DNA from: Trypanosoma brucei
Taxonomy: Eukaryota
NCBI GenBank assembly: GCA_000002445.1
Contig: CP000067.1
Coordinates: 1,184,001-1,248,000 of the forward strand
Reading direction: 5' to 3'
DNA length: 64,000 nucleotides
In this document: one piece after another, positions 31,611 through 42,100 of the stretch
Layout: each line of letters starts with the position of its first letter
How positions within the stretch are numbered: position 1 is the first letter of the stretch
Notes under the pieces: generated by a model
Database searches by the model: none
What the model was told of the DNA's origin: nothing
What the model saw: only the letters and a program-made list of their open reading frames with translations
Translations under genes and position numbers: made by a program

Positions 31611-32620
31611 TTCCCTTGCCACAGACGATCATCTTTTCCCCAGCTCCTTTTCTTGCTGTGATTATCTCCTTCTCTGTTTCGCCGGCACATTTCAGAGAGT
31701 GTAGGACTGGTTTACGGGAGCGTATGTGTATGGGGTGACGTGTTAGTAAACTGCAAGGGAAAGAAGATATCAACTGGGTAGACGGAGAAAATGGTGCACA
31801 TGTGAATATTTCGCGCATATGTGTTGTGACAGACACACATTGGAGGGGTTGAATAAATAAATACTTGTAAACATATATATATATATCGTATTTATACATG
31901 TTCATACACATGGTACGCATATTTAGACGATTTGCACTGCAGCTGTTGAGATGCTCACCTCCAAGACAGTTAAAAGGGCAACATACACGTTCCCATACCA
32001 GGGTGAAAAAAAATGTGCAACAGACAATGGAGATTTGCCACAAATGACATTATTGCACGGAATCGGAGGCAAAAGGAAAAAAAAAAAGCAAAACCACCAA
32101 CTTTAAGGGAAGGGAAAGAAGGGAAAGAAGTTAAACACTGTCTACAAGTCATGCACCAAATACCATTCAACCTCACGCACTGACCGTCGTACAGACGACG
32201 CTTCTCCAATCACTGGCGGATATCTCTCTCCTTGTTATCGCCTAACGATCTTATTTTCATTGCCCCTCCCCCTCCCCCCCGCAGCGGGGCCACATTGCAC
32301 AACCCGCCAACGTCACGAGGAGAAACGTCCATATTTCTAAAGGGAAGAAGAAAACACTCACTGTGGTAAAACAAGAGTGGCAAAATCAATAAAAATAGGT
32401 GAAAAGACAAATATGTGCGTATATATTTATATACACAACCATTATAAACATGAGCAAAAAAAAAAAAAGAGGAAGATGACTGCACGCCCCAGTACGTCCT
32501 TCACATCTCCTGATGAGTACCCTTTTCGATGTTATAAAAAAGAAAAAAAAAAATAGAACCGAAGCAACAGGAAGTCACCCGTAAAGGTTACGGCTCCAAC
32601 TTTCACAAAAGTCAAGGTCT

Positions 32621-35600
32621 TCAGTATTCTAACTTTTTTGCCCACTGTTGTTGCAGGGCCTTTCGATCCGCCGCCTCTTCCTGGTGCACTAAACGTCGCT
32701 CTCGCCGCTCCGCCGCTTCCAACAAAAGCAGTTTAATGTTAATTTCTCGCTCCTTCCTTCCTTCCACCAAAGGCTTAGCCTGCTTAATCTCGCTCGCTCG
32801 TTTCCTACGTGAACCGCTGCAAGCAGAAGAAGAAGAAAACGCGCTGACAACTGGTGGCGCTATAACATTGACTGGAGGAATTGAGGGCGTTCTCGTGGGC
32901 GACCGCTGTACAGCAGTTGGCATCGGAATAGCGTACCTCGTTAGCGCCAAATCGTCATTAGGAATACGGAGATTGTCGAGCTTCAGCGGTGGCACAAAAG
33001 CCGGAGGAAACACAACGATGGCGGGGCCGCTCCAGAAGTGCCAAAAGAACCACCACGAGTCCTCGTCACTGCAGTCGGATTCATCATAGTAATCATCGCT
33101 AAACGAGTCAGCATCGTAGCCCTCCCTGATTCTATCATTGTAGCCCACATGCTGTCTGCTGTCTTTCGTGCCTCGCTCAAAACTCGCATGACTTGTCATG
33201 CCGTCGCTGCTATTGTGTGTGTTATTGATGATTCTATCCCTAAGTTGCACATCGTCATCTGCAATACCCGCAGTTTTATCTACCGTTTCGTCCCTCCGGT
33301 GCACATGAAGCTCATAACCCCGTAATGAACACGATGGCCTTGTACGTTCGGCCTCTTCAGGTCTTCCATGTGACTTTTCTACACGCTCCGTCACCTCCCC
33401 GGGTGTGTTGCTATCACTTACCCCATAGCAGCAAGCACTACTCCCACTGCCACTGCCACTACCTCTGTTGAATTTATGTTGCTGATTGGGCTGATCAGCT
33501 ACACCATACGATTCGCCTTTCGTCCCTTTTCCACAACCTGTGTGAACATCGCCTCGGCTATTCTGATGACTTGTTTGCACCCGAACCCGCTGCTGGCAGG
33601 CCCCACTTCGCATACGCAGGAGAATCGAGGCCGCGGACGTCGAGGCATTCACTGAACCCGCGTCCCCAACTGGGGGACCGGCTTCTTCAACCTTTAACAA
33701 CCGCTGTCGTGAGGGTGGTGCAGTGGCGGAACGTTGGAGTGGTGCGACCGGGAAACTGTGACGCTGTTGGGGGCACCGGTCATCCCGATGCGCGCAGTCC
33801 CACAACTGTGGCCCAATCCGCCCTGATGTACAACGAGCGAGACGGACGGAGGCGACACACAAGTAACCGCTTTCCCGCGCCGCACCGCGAGCCACGGGAT
33901 GTGACTCCACCCTGAGCCTGTTGCCCAACTCCTGCTCAACAGGCGGACACAAACCGCTCGAACGCCGCACGAAGGATGGTACAGTCTCAACGCCTTTTAA
34001 GGAGGCCGTCACATTGATGTTTCGGTGTACGATACCAGAAAAGTTAGATGGAGTCGGCTTTGGCCCAGAAAGGTAAGTGCTGTTCCTGTCTTCCGTGGGG
34101 GGATTGGGTTCAGAAGAAGTCCTGTTAATTGTGTTGCGGCCACTGGGGACAACGCTATGACTAGCAGCGGTGGTGTCGGCGGGAGGGCATGGCCTGTTCC
34201 GATGTGAGGCAGGAGGTATCGGCCGGCGCGCCGCCCGCTCCAGTCGACCGCCTGCCGTTGTCAAAGTGACAGACACTGCGTGACCGCTTTCCTGCTCCTC
34301 CTCCTCCTCCCCCTGCTTACAGCTGCTACTCTTAGCGGTGCCGTTATCATGGACATGACTGCGCGTACTATAGCAACTACTACCGTTGTTGAACAGTGGC
34401 TTTCCGTTTTCTGACGGTGATGACGTAAGCCTTGTCCCGGCACTATGGCTCCTTCCAAGTCTCACTTGCGTCACACTCCTGCTGTAGCGCCCAGACCATA
34501 AGTTATAACCGGGTCTCAGCGCACTACGGAGCGTATGGTCCCTCAGCGCGGCCAGTGACGGTGCGACCGCGAGCTTCGCTCGACCACTATCCACACCCCG
34601 TACGCTGTGTCTAATAAACGGCCTTTGCCCAGAACCACCGACGGGTGTGCCGACGTAGCTATGCAAATGAGAGAGATCCGTCAGCCTCGTCCCCAGATCC
34701 TCTGACTTCGCCCTACCGTCCAGCGTTCTACACCTCGCTTGCACCTCACCCGCCACTGGCGCCTCCTGGGTGCAACTGTTATCGGTACCACCAACGACTC
34801 CGCGGGTCGAAGTAATGGTGGCCGTGACGGCATCGCGCCCCGCACGTAACTGTACCGGTGCTGGGATAACCCTCGACATCTCCTTCCGGTGCCGACTGTC
34901 TGCGGAGGCTAAAGCACTCGCATGCTCCGGAAGTCGGGCACTTACCTCTACAAGCATTTTAGCAGCGCCCCTGGATTCAACCGAACTGTTCGGTTCCGCC
35001 GCACCGCCACAGCCATCGTCAAAGGAAAGGCGCCTGGAAACATCTGCTGGTGCGGGGAATTTCTCAGTACAGAACATACACTTATCAGATACAACCATGC
35101 CCTGTGCGCCACTGCAGGCAACGAGTGTTGTGTCCGGAACAGCAGTCGCCGCGACTTCTGTATTCACATTGTTGCTGTTGTTATTTGTTTCCGTGGCTCG
35201 AGGAGCTGCCACGTGGATAACGTCATTTGTGAGAGTAGCCGCGGCTACCCCACTCTCTCCATTACGAGCAGAAGCCACACGAGTGGGTGTTGATATGGAA
35301 GGATTAACAGACGGGTATCTTCCAGCGGGGATGGCATCGCGCACATCCCCCCCGCGCGCATATGTACTAAGCGCTGATCTAGAGCTGTTAACGACCCGCA
35401 TTTGTGGTGAGTGTGTTGCAAACCCTAACTTGCTGTTTGCAGCACCCACACAGCGGATACCACTACTGCTACGCGTCACACCACTGCTTACTCGTGGGCT
35501 AATTTGCACGGACGAAATCCTTTCACTTGTAAGCCAGTCAGCCCCATATGGAATACGTACCCCCTCACTTGTACTGATTCTCCGCCCACTGCTGCACGTC

Positions 35601-36139
35601 ACTGACCCAAGCTGCGGTGTTGACTGCATTGGGGCCATCACTGACCTTGCCCGCACATATTTATCCTTCATGTTTCCATGAGGATGACAAGTGGTTGATC
35701 TCACGGGTGCTTCTGTAATGGAAATCGGCCTTTCCGGTAGCAGTAACGAAGGCGATGGCAGCGATGAAGATGTTAGTAATGAAGTCGTGGTTTGCGACCC
35801 TGCTGGATCTTCCCAATTAGTCGAACTAACGCGTCCATCGGCAGCTCTCACGGCAGATGACAACGGTGCCCTCATTCTCCCCGCGGATACACTCCTACTG
35901 GCGATCACGCCACTAACAGAAGCAAAGTACCTATTATTACTACCGCCGTTGCCGGCATTATTATCATTTGCCGCCGTAACGCTGTTGGTGCAGGTGTTGG
36001 ATGAGGTGTAATGCAAGGACTTGCGTTCCGGTGCAACGTTGGTTGCAAAAGTGTACTGCGAGCGACGGCCTTCCACCAACGGCTTGTCCTTCCGCCACGA
36101 GTCGCCCACCTCACGGCGTGGGCACTCACTCATGCGCAA
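32621..36139 (-). CDS. Hypothetical Ser/Thr/Ala-rich low-complexity protein, 1172 aa, with a C-terminal charged coiled-coil (EAAERRERRLVHQEEAADRKALQQQWAKKLEY)
   Basis: ORF track 32621..36139. A 3.5-kb uninterrupted ORF, co-oriented with neighbours. No recognisable domain. A 303-aa antisense ORF (34770..35681 +) is judged to be an artefact. Confidence 0.55.
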   Translation of the reverse strand: MRMSECPRREVGDSWRKDKPLVEGRRSQYTFATNVAPERKSLHYTSSNTCTNSVTAANDNNAGNGGSNNRYFASVSGVIASRSVSAGRMRAPLSSAVRAADGRVSSTNWEDPAGSQTTTSLLTSSSLPSPSLLLPERPISITEAPVRSTTCHPHGNMKDKYVRARSVMAPMQSTPQLGSVTCSSGRRISTSEGVRIPYGADWLTSERISSVQISPRVSSGVTRSSSGIRCVGAANSKLGFATHSPQMRVVNSSRSALSTYARGGDVRDAIPAGRYPSVNPSISTPTRVASARNGESGVAAATLTNDVIHVAAPRATETNNNSNNVNTEVAATAVPDTTLVACSGAQGMVVSDKCMFCTEKFPAPADVSRRLSFDDGCGGAAEPNSSVESRGAAKMLVEVSARLPEHASALASADSRHRKEMSRVIPAPVQLRAGRDAVTATITSTRGVVGGTDNSCTQEAPVAGEVQARCRTLDGRAKSEDLGTRLTDLSHLHSYVGTPVGGSGQRPFIRHSVRGVDSGRAKLAVAPSLAALRDHTLRSALRPGYNLWSGRYSRSVTQVRLGRSHSAGTRLTSSPSENGKPLFNNGSSCYSTRSHVHDNGTAKSSSCKQGEEEEEQESGHAVSVTLTTAGGRLERAARRPIPPASHRNRPCPPADTTAASHSVVPSGRNTINRTSSEPNPPTEDRNSTYLSGPKPTPSNFSGIVHRNINVTASLKGVETVPSFVRRSSGLCPPVEQELGNRLRVESHPVARGAARESGYLCVASVRLARCTSGRIGPQLWDCAHRDDRCPQQRHSFPVAPLQRSATAPPSRQRLLKVEEAGPPVGDAGSVNASTSAASILLRMRSGACQQRVRVQTSHQNSRGDVHTGCGKGTKGESYGVADQPNQQHKFNRGSGSGSGSSACCYGVSDSNTPGEVTERVEKSHGRPEEAERTRPSCSLRGYELHVHRRDETVDKTAGIADDDVQLRDRIINNTHNSSDGMTSHASFERGTKDSRQHVGYNDRIREGYDADSFSDDYYDESDCSDEDSWWFFWHFWSGPAIVVFPPAFVPPLKLDNLRIPNDDLALTRYAIPMPTAVQRSPTRTPSIPPVNVIAPPVVSAFSSSSACSGSRRKRASEIKQAKPLVEGRKEREINIKLLLLEAAERRERRLVHQEEAADRKALQQQWAKKLEY

Positions 36140-37145
36140 CGCCGCGTTCTATGGCACACAAAAGGCAGTCAGTCCACTTAAAGTGGTGAGGGTAAACACG
36201 TATACAAAATATATGTATATACGTGCTGTGTTAGTTAAGCCACCAGTGTAAGCATTCAGGTGTTTTTTGTGAGGAAAAGAAAAGCCAAAGAAGAACGCAT
36301 GAGGAAATTCGGGGTTGCCAAGACGGTGCCAAGAAGCAGGTAAGGATGAAACCAGATAAAAAAAAGGGGTGCATAAACAAGAGTAGCAACCAAACTACAA
36401 CGCCACGTTTAAATATAACTCATCACAAGCACAGAAATCAACATATATGTTTATATGTATGCATATATACACAAACGTGCGTAGGGAAGCGCAACTACCT
36501 TGACACTTTTCCCCGGAGAGATGTGGGGAGAGGGGAGGGAAGAAGCATTAAAAAAAAAACAATAGCAAAAGGTGAAAGAAGCAGGATAGAAGGCTCACAT
36601 TTTGTCCCCCCCTCTTTTTTAATATTTACTCTTTCTTTCCTCAAGCATAAAACCCAAATAAATATCACTTTCCCTCCCTTCGTGGTGTGATCTCTCAAAT
36701 GCATCAAAAAGAAAGGAAGGCGACGTCCGTTGGGGAGCAATAAAGCATATGGTAAGCGTGCCGAGCAGGTAGAGGGTGCAGCACAGGTTCAGAGAGAAAA
36801 TTTAAGTATAAATCAGTTATCAAGTCCTTAATCCATCCATTCATTACCTGCCTTCACCGCACTCTTTCCCCCTCCCTCCTTATCTCCTTATCACCATCCT
36901 TTTTTTTTCTTTTTTTCTTCTTGTTTATACGCATCATCTCTTTCACATTCCTTTTCATCATCCCGCTACATTAGCAAAATAGAAGAGTACATTTCTTAAA
37001 ATGGTGGAGGAGTGAACAAGTTATGGATTGAAGGGGGGCGTGTACGACTCTCCCATAAGCGCGGCTTTTTTTTAAAAAATTATTTGTCTCTTCCCACAAG
37101 ACAAAAACAAAAACAACTCATCAGCCGATCAGTTACACCAACGAC

Positions 37146-37147
<2 letters not shown>

Positions 37148-37177
<30 letters not shown>
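37148..37177. repeat. (AT)15 microsatellite
   Basis: Read directly from the sequence. Confidence 0.95.
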
Positions 37178-37183
<6 letters not shown>

Positions 37184-39146
37184 ATTCTCATTTAATCATT
37201 TTCTTTTTTCTGACCTCATAGAAATAAATCTCTCTTCCTCTCCACGGGTTCAAACACATGAGAATGATGAAACACGGAGTAGAGAGCGAGGCAACAAAAA
37301 GAAAAAAAAGAGAAAAAAAAAGAGAAACGGTGGAAGGGGGGAAAGTTAAGACTTGTAGCTGACAAATGTCAGGCGCGAGACAGTTCTCCGACTTGTGATT
37401 TCCATGCATAAAAGGCAAAGGGAAAAGGGGGGGGAGAGAGAAATGAACATTGAGAAATGGTTCCGCTACACGCTTTGGTCAGAAGCATGTGCAAAAATAA
37501 AACAACAACGAAAAAAACAAACAAACAAAAAAAGAAAATGCTGCTGGATGCGGGCATAACCGTCTATCATACATAATAATGGAAAGGAAGAGGAAAACAA
37601 ACAAACAAACAAACAAACAAACAAACACACAAACACAAAAGGTGAGTAGGTACAACGTATCAGGTATTCACCACTAGCCGCTTAAATTACACATTTCATG
37701 ATCCTTCCAATAGTATACAAATGTCACAGTGACGAGCAAGCAGCCTTTGAAACTGAATGGAAGAAAAGAAACATAAAAAGAAAGAGAGAAATAAAGGAGA
37801 GAGAAAAAGAAAGGCCAGCCCGAAAACGGTACTGAAAATGAGAGAGTTAAGAAAAAAAAAACACAACAACGGGTGATAAAAATAGAAAGAAAAGTGCCAG
37901 ATATTAAAAACTCAAGTATCTATTTACTATTATTCTCGCTTCACTGATAACGGCAAAATGTGATAAGTTGTGCGTTGCCTGAAAAAAAAAAGAGAGAGAC
38001 AAAAACAAAAAGGTAGGCAAAAATCGTACAAATCAGACCCATGATCACTCAATAAAAACAACATTCCGCTTAATTAACAGTATCATTTCGTTTCGCAACT
38101 TACGCCACTTTATCATATCCCTATGAAACACCGCTTTTTCCTTCTTTATTCCTCTTTTTTTCCTCATCACCATGTACAACTGCAGCATCATTGCCGGTTG
38201 TAAAGATGATGTAACCGGCAAGAAAGAGATCCGCTCGTATAACTTACACCAAGCCTTCCCTCCTGCAAAAACAAAAGAATAAAATAAATAAATAAATATA
38301 TATATATATATATATATATATTCTTCTTCTTCCCTTTCAATTCGGGAATCTCTCTTGCTGGTTCAAATATTCCTTCTTTATTTGCATTGTTTTACGTGCC
38401 TCTTTATCCCCCTTTTTTTTTTCGCCGCACCTTTCTGCTAGGTGAAATAAATGCAGCCTGAGCACCGCACTGAATTACAAAGATGGAAAGGGGGGAGGGG
38501 AGGGGGGGGGGCGGAAAAGCAAAAAAAAAAAGCCAGCACAGAGGAGGAGAGGGAACAGGAGGCCAACACACCCAAGCGGGTACACTAAGAGGCGCCCAAG
38601 CAAAATAGTGGAAATCTGCGGAAATCACAATGAAGGCGGTTGAAAGAAGAATCAACGACAAAGAAACACAAGAAACGAAGGCGGGGAAATGGAAGTGGCG
38701 ACTGCGGCGAAGCAGCCGATTGAAATAAAATGAAAACAACAACAGCAACAACGCGAACAAAACAATAAAACCAAGGAATGAAAGTGGTGAGACGAAACAG
38801 GATAGGTGAAATTGAGTACAATAACAACAACAACAACAGAGAATCGGCAACTAGCATCAATATCTGTGATACTGGTTGTGTGTTACAGGTCGTAAACCCC
38901 GCTGAGGTGCGCAAGCATATGTGGAGGCGAACAAATACCCAGTCATTGTGCAACATGTGGGGGAAGCACAAGAGAAAGCAAAAAGGAATCAACATAACAA
39001 AATATAGGAACACGGGATCGGTCACTCAATAGAAATCCGAAGGGTGTAGCAACCGATACTAAAAGAGAGGGGTACAACAATAGGGTACAAAAGCACAAAG
39101 AAGAACAAACAGATTTGAAACAAAACAATGTCAGGTGGTTGACACA

Positions 39147-42100
39147 TCACCGTTGCTCAATTAGAAACAGACTGCAGTTGTCCATTCCGACACCTTCTTC
39201 GTTGTCTACTGGAGCCACGCACTGCGCGAAAATACCGGCGGCAGAGGTAAGAAGTAGCGCGTCAATTGAGGCCCCAGATGCTCCACCGTGACAGCACTTG
39301 CCGCCCCATACGTTATCAACAGTTTTGGATCCACCATTCTCACGTTCGCCATCTGCACCACAACGATATTTTTCTGTGTTAATATGACTTTTATCGCCCT
39401 CTTTTTGTGATGCATACGCCATCTCCCGCGCCCGGATAACTACCTCGGTGGCAGAGCTCGCCACTTCCAAGTCATTTGGCGTATTCATAATGGCATGATG
39501 GACCTGATGGGGAGTTAAAGTGTCCCACACCCCGTCACACGCCACAACGACGCCCCATCGACCCACTGCGGCAGCAGGTGGCACCGGCATAATCGTCACG
39601 TCAGGCACTGCAGTTACGGCTTGCTCCCGCGGACCACGGCCACCACACTGCTTAAAGTCGTAATCGCCCAATGCACGAGACACAGCCAATAGTCCCTCGA
39701 TGCGGTGCTCCACCAATGTGTATCCCGCAGCGTTAATACGAGCCCTTTCTCCTGGATCCGTTGTGCGGTGCGTGATGCTGATGGGTACTATATCTTGTGG
39801 TGTATAGAAGGCTGCACCGCTGTCCCCAATATTCGCGCATAGAATGAAGTTTGTTGTGATTCCCACGACGCAGGCTGTGCAGCCAGTGCAATTGTAGTCG
39901 CCACGGCGGCCTTCGTCGCTGCTCCGCAGCTCATCGTCGAGTGACAGAAGCGCCTCCTCCATTATGCCAGCAAAGTACAACCTGAGGGCCTCCATTTCAC
40001 GTCGGGAGACAGTTGGTGAGGCTGACAAACCATGACATGTGTCTGAAGTCTCCGAGTGGTCAGCGGCGCTTCCCCGAGCGACGGACTTGTCAGCGCTACC
40101 TTCCGTAAGTTGCCGCACCATTTCAACAGTTACGTTGGAGACTGAGCGGACACCAACGTCTCCCAATGCAGCGCCACTGTTAACATCATTGCTGCTGAGC
40201 TGAGGAAAACACCCGCTTTCCCGAGGCCGCAAGGGTGAGGCCTCGCTTACAGAGTACTGAGGTGTGGTCGACTCCTGATCCACGCGGCGGAGAACTGCAC
40301 TCGCCTCCGCCTCGTCGTGCCGCACTGAACATACTGCTTTGCGGAGGTGTGACTCAAACCGGCTTGCCGCCAGCTTTGCCACCGCATCACCACCATGTCC
40401 ATCAAAGACACAAAAAACTGCCATGGCCACAGCATCATTAGACTCGCGGGCCGCAATCGTTTCCTCCGCTTTATCGTCGTCGGCCCCTGTATCGGGTGTG
40501 TCAGAGAGGCAAGGTATGCTAATAACGAAGGCCGCCTCGGCATCCTCTTGTGTTGCACGCCAGCCTTGTACCTTCGCACCTAGTGAAATCAGCTTTGGTG
40601 CTGTCACACCCACGTGTAGAGTGTCTTCCATTGCGGAACAGCGAGGTAATGGTGATGCACTACCCACCAGCCTCGGGGAGCCCAAGCCGCATTCGATGGT
40701 GCCACTGATTGCCGCGCTACCACCTTCCGTGGGCGTTACGTCTTGACCCGCGTTTGGAGGATAAAAAAGTGCAATATCAGTCTGTAAGGCGTTACGGTTG
40801 ACAAGCGGACGATCCCGCAGTACAGAAGAATGGGCACTAGTACGGCCGCAGAATGAGGGCTGTGCCTCACCGTAGCACTTTATTTGTACCTCGTAACCTA
40901 CACAAGCAATATCACGCACAGGATCCTCAAGGTAGGTACCGCGTGTGGCTGCAAGTTGATCAACCAACGGGTCGTACACCTCTGTGTAGCGCCAGGTGAA
41001 GCTCTGGCACGGCTCGCACCAGTAAACACGGTCAAAACTTGTCATGATGTCGAGTATGTTGATAAACAGAGAGCATGCACCTACCGCATTGCGTCCTGTC
41101 TCCTCGTCATCCATGGTTTCACACACACTCGACGCCCCCCTCTTACTTTTACCCACTGCAGGAATGGAATCATTGTAGTGGCGTGTGACGTGGGAGGGGC
41201 ACAAAGCTGTGAGGCAGTGAAGGCAGAGAAAAGAAGCGGGCCTACGGTCACAGCATTTGCAATGGTGATACAGTTTGTGTGCGTGGTAGCGGCTGTAGTC
41301 CACACCACGAGCATCCTTTGTGATCAGCTGTTGAGTGCAAGTACACCGCGAGACGGATCCATCCTCCTCGTAGAATGCATTCCGATCCCGTGTGGAGTCC
41401 TTCTCCGTCCCATGGGATGGCAAAACTAATGTTGCATCCAACGTTCCCGACTCTTGGTTGCCGCCGTATCGCCAAAGCAACCCCTCAGTCTCTTCTCCTT
41501 CTTCCTCTTCTTGCCTCTTCTCAATTCCTTTCTGTTGTGCCTGCTGGGGACGTTCTTGTACAGCTGAATCTCTACTGACACCGATGTTGCTCCTTTCAAA
41601 ACTACACCGCGCTCCTTTGCCGCCTTCTGCCCTTCCATTAGGAGTCCCTGCTTTCAGAGGCTTATTCATGTACTTTTTCACTTCATCCTCCGCGGAGATA
41701 AGCATGACTCCCTTTTCTGCATTAAACAACAGCCGTGCAGCCACTTTGCAATCACTTTTGTCTTGGTCTTCCGTGGGAAAGAGGGGATACGATGTGGATA
41801 CCACGCCAAACGTGAAGCAGTCATCTTCCTCCGAAGCAATTATTGTTCCCACGTTGCTAACACTTTTCGTGTCTTCATTTGTGCTTGAGGACTGGCTTAG
41901 GCCCACACCTCCCTCCCTGGTGTGTCGCCTATCAGCCCTACCCGACCGACCACATGGGGAAGGATCGGCAGCTTTGGTTTCATCAGCACCACCTTCATCA
42001 CACTTCCTACACGAAGCAATAGTGTCCGGTGGAGCAGAGAGCACGCTCAGATTGAGACCGGAGCACACCGCACGCACAGTACTAAGTATCACCTCCGCTC

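Noticed and set aside
31345-32043. 232-aa minus-strand ORF spanning the (TG)n/(AC)n microsatellites
   Set aside because: The sequence is dominated by dinucleotide repeats translating to CVCVCV / HTHTHT runs. It is a chance ORF.
34770-35681. 303-aa plus-strand ORF inside the 1172-aa minus-strand gene
   Set aside because: Antisense to a much longer ORF in GC-rich, Ser/Ala-codon-rich DNA, where long antisense ORFs arise by chance. All neighbouring genes are on the minus strand.
38341-38375. tRNA-like T-loop candidate (tggttcaaatattcc)
   Set aside because: The flanking 5-nt arms are not complementary and no acceptor or anticodon stems can be built. No other tRNA-like GTTCGAATC/GTTCAAATC boxes with proper stems were found on either strand.
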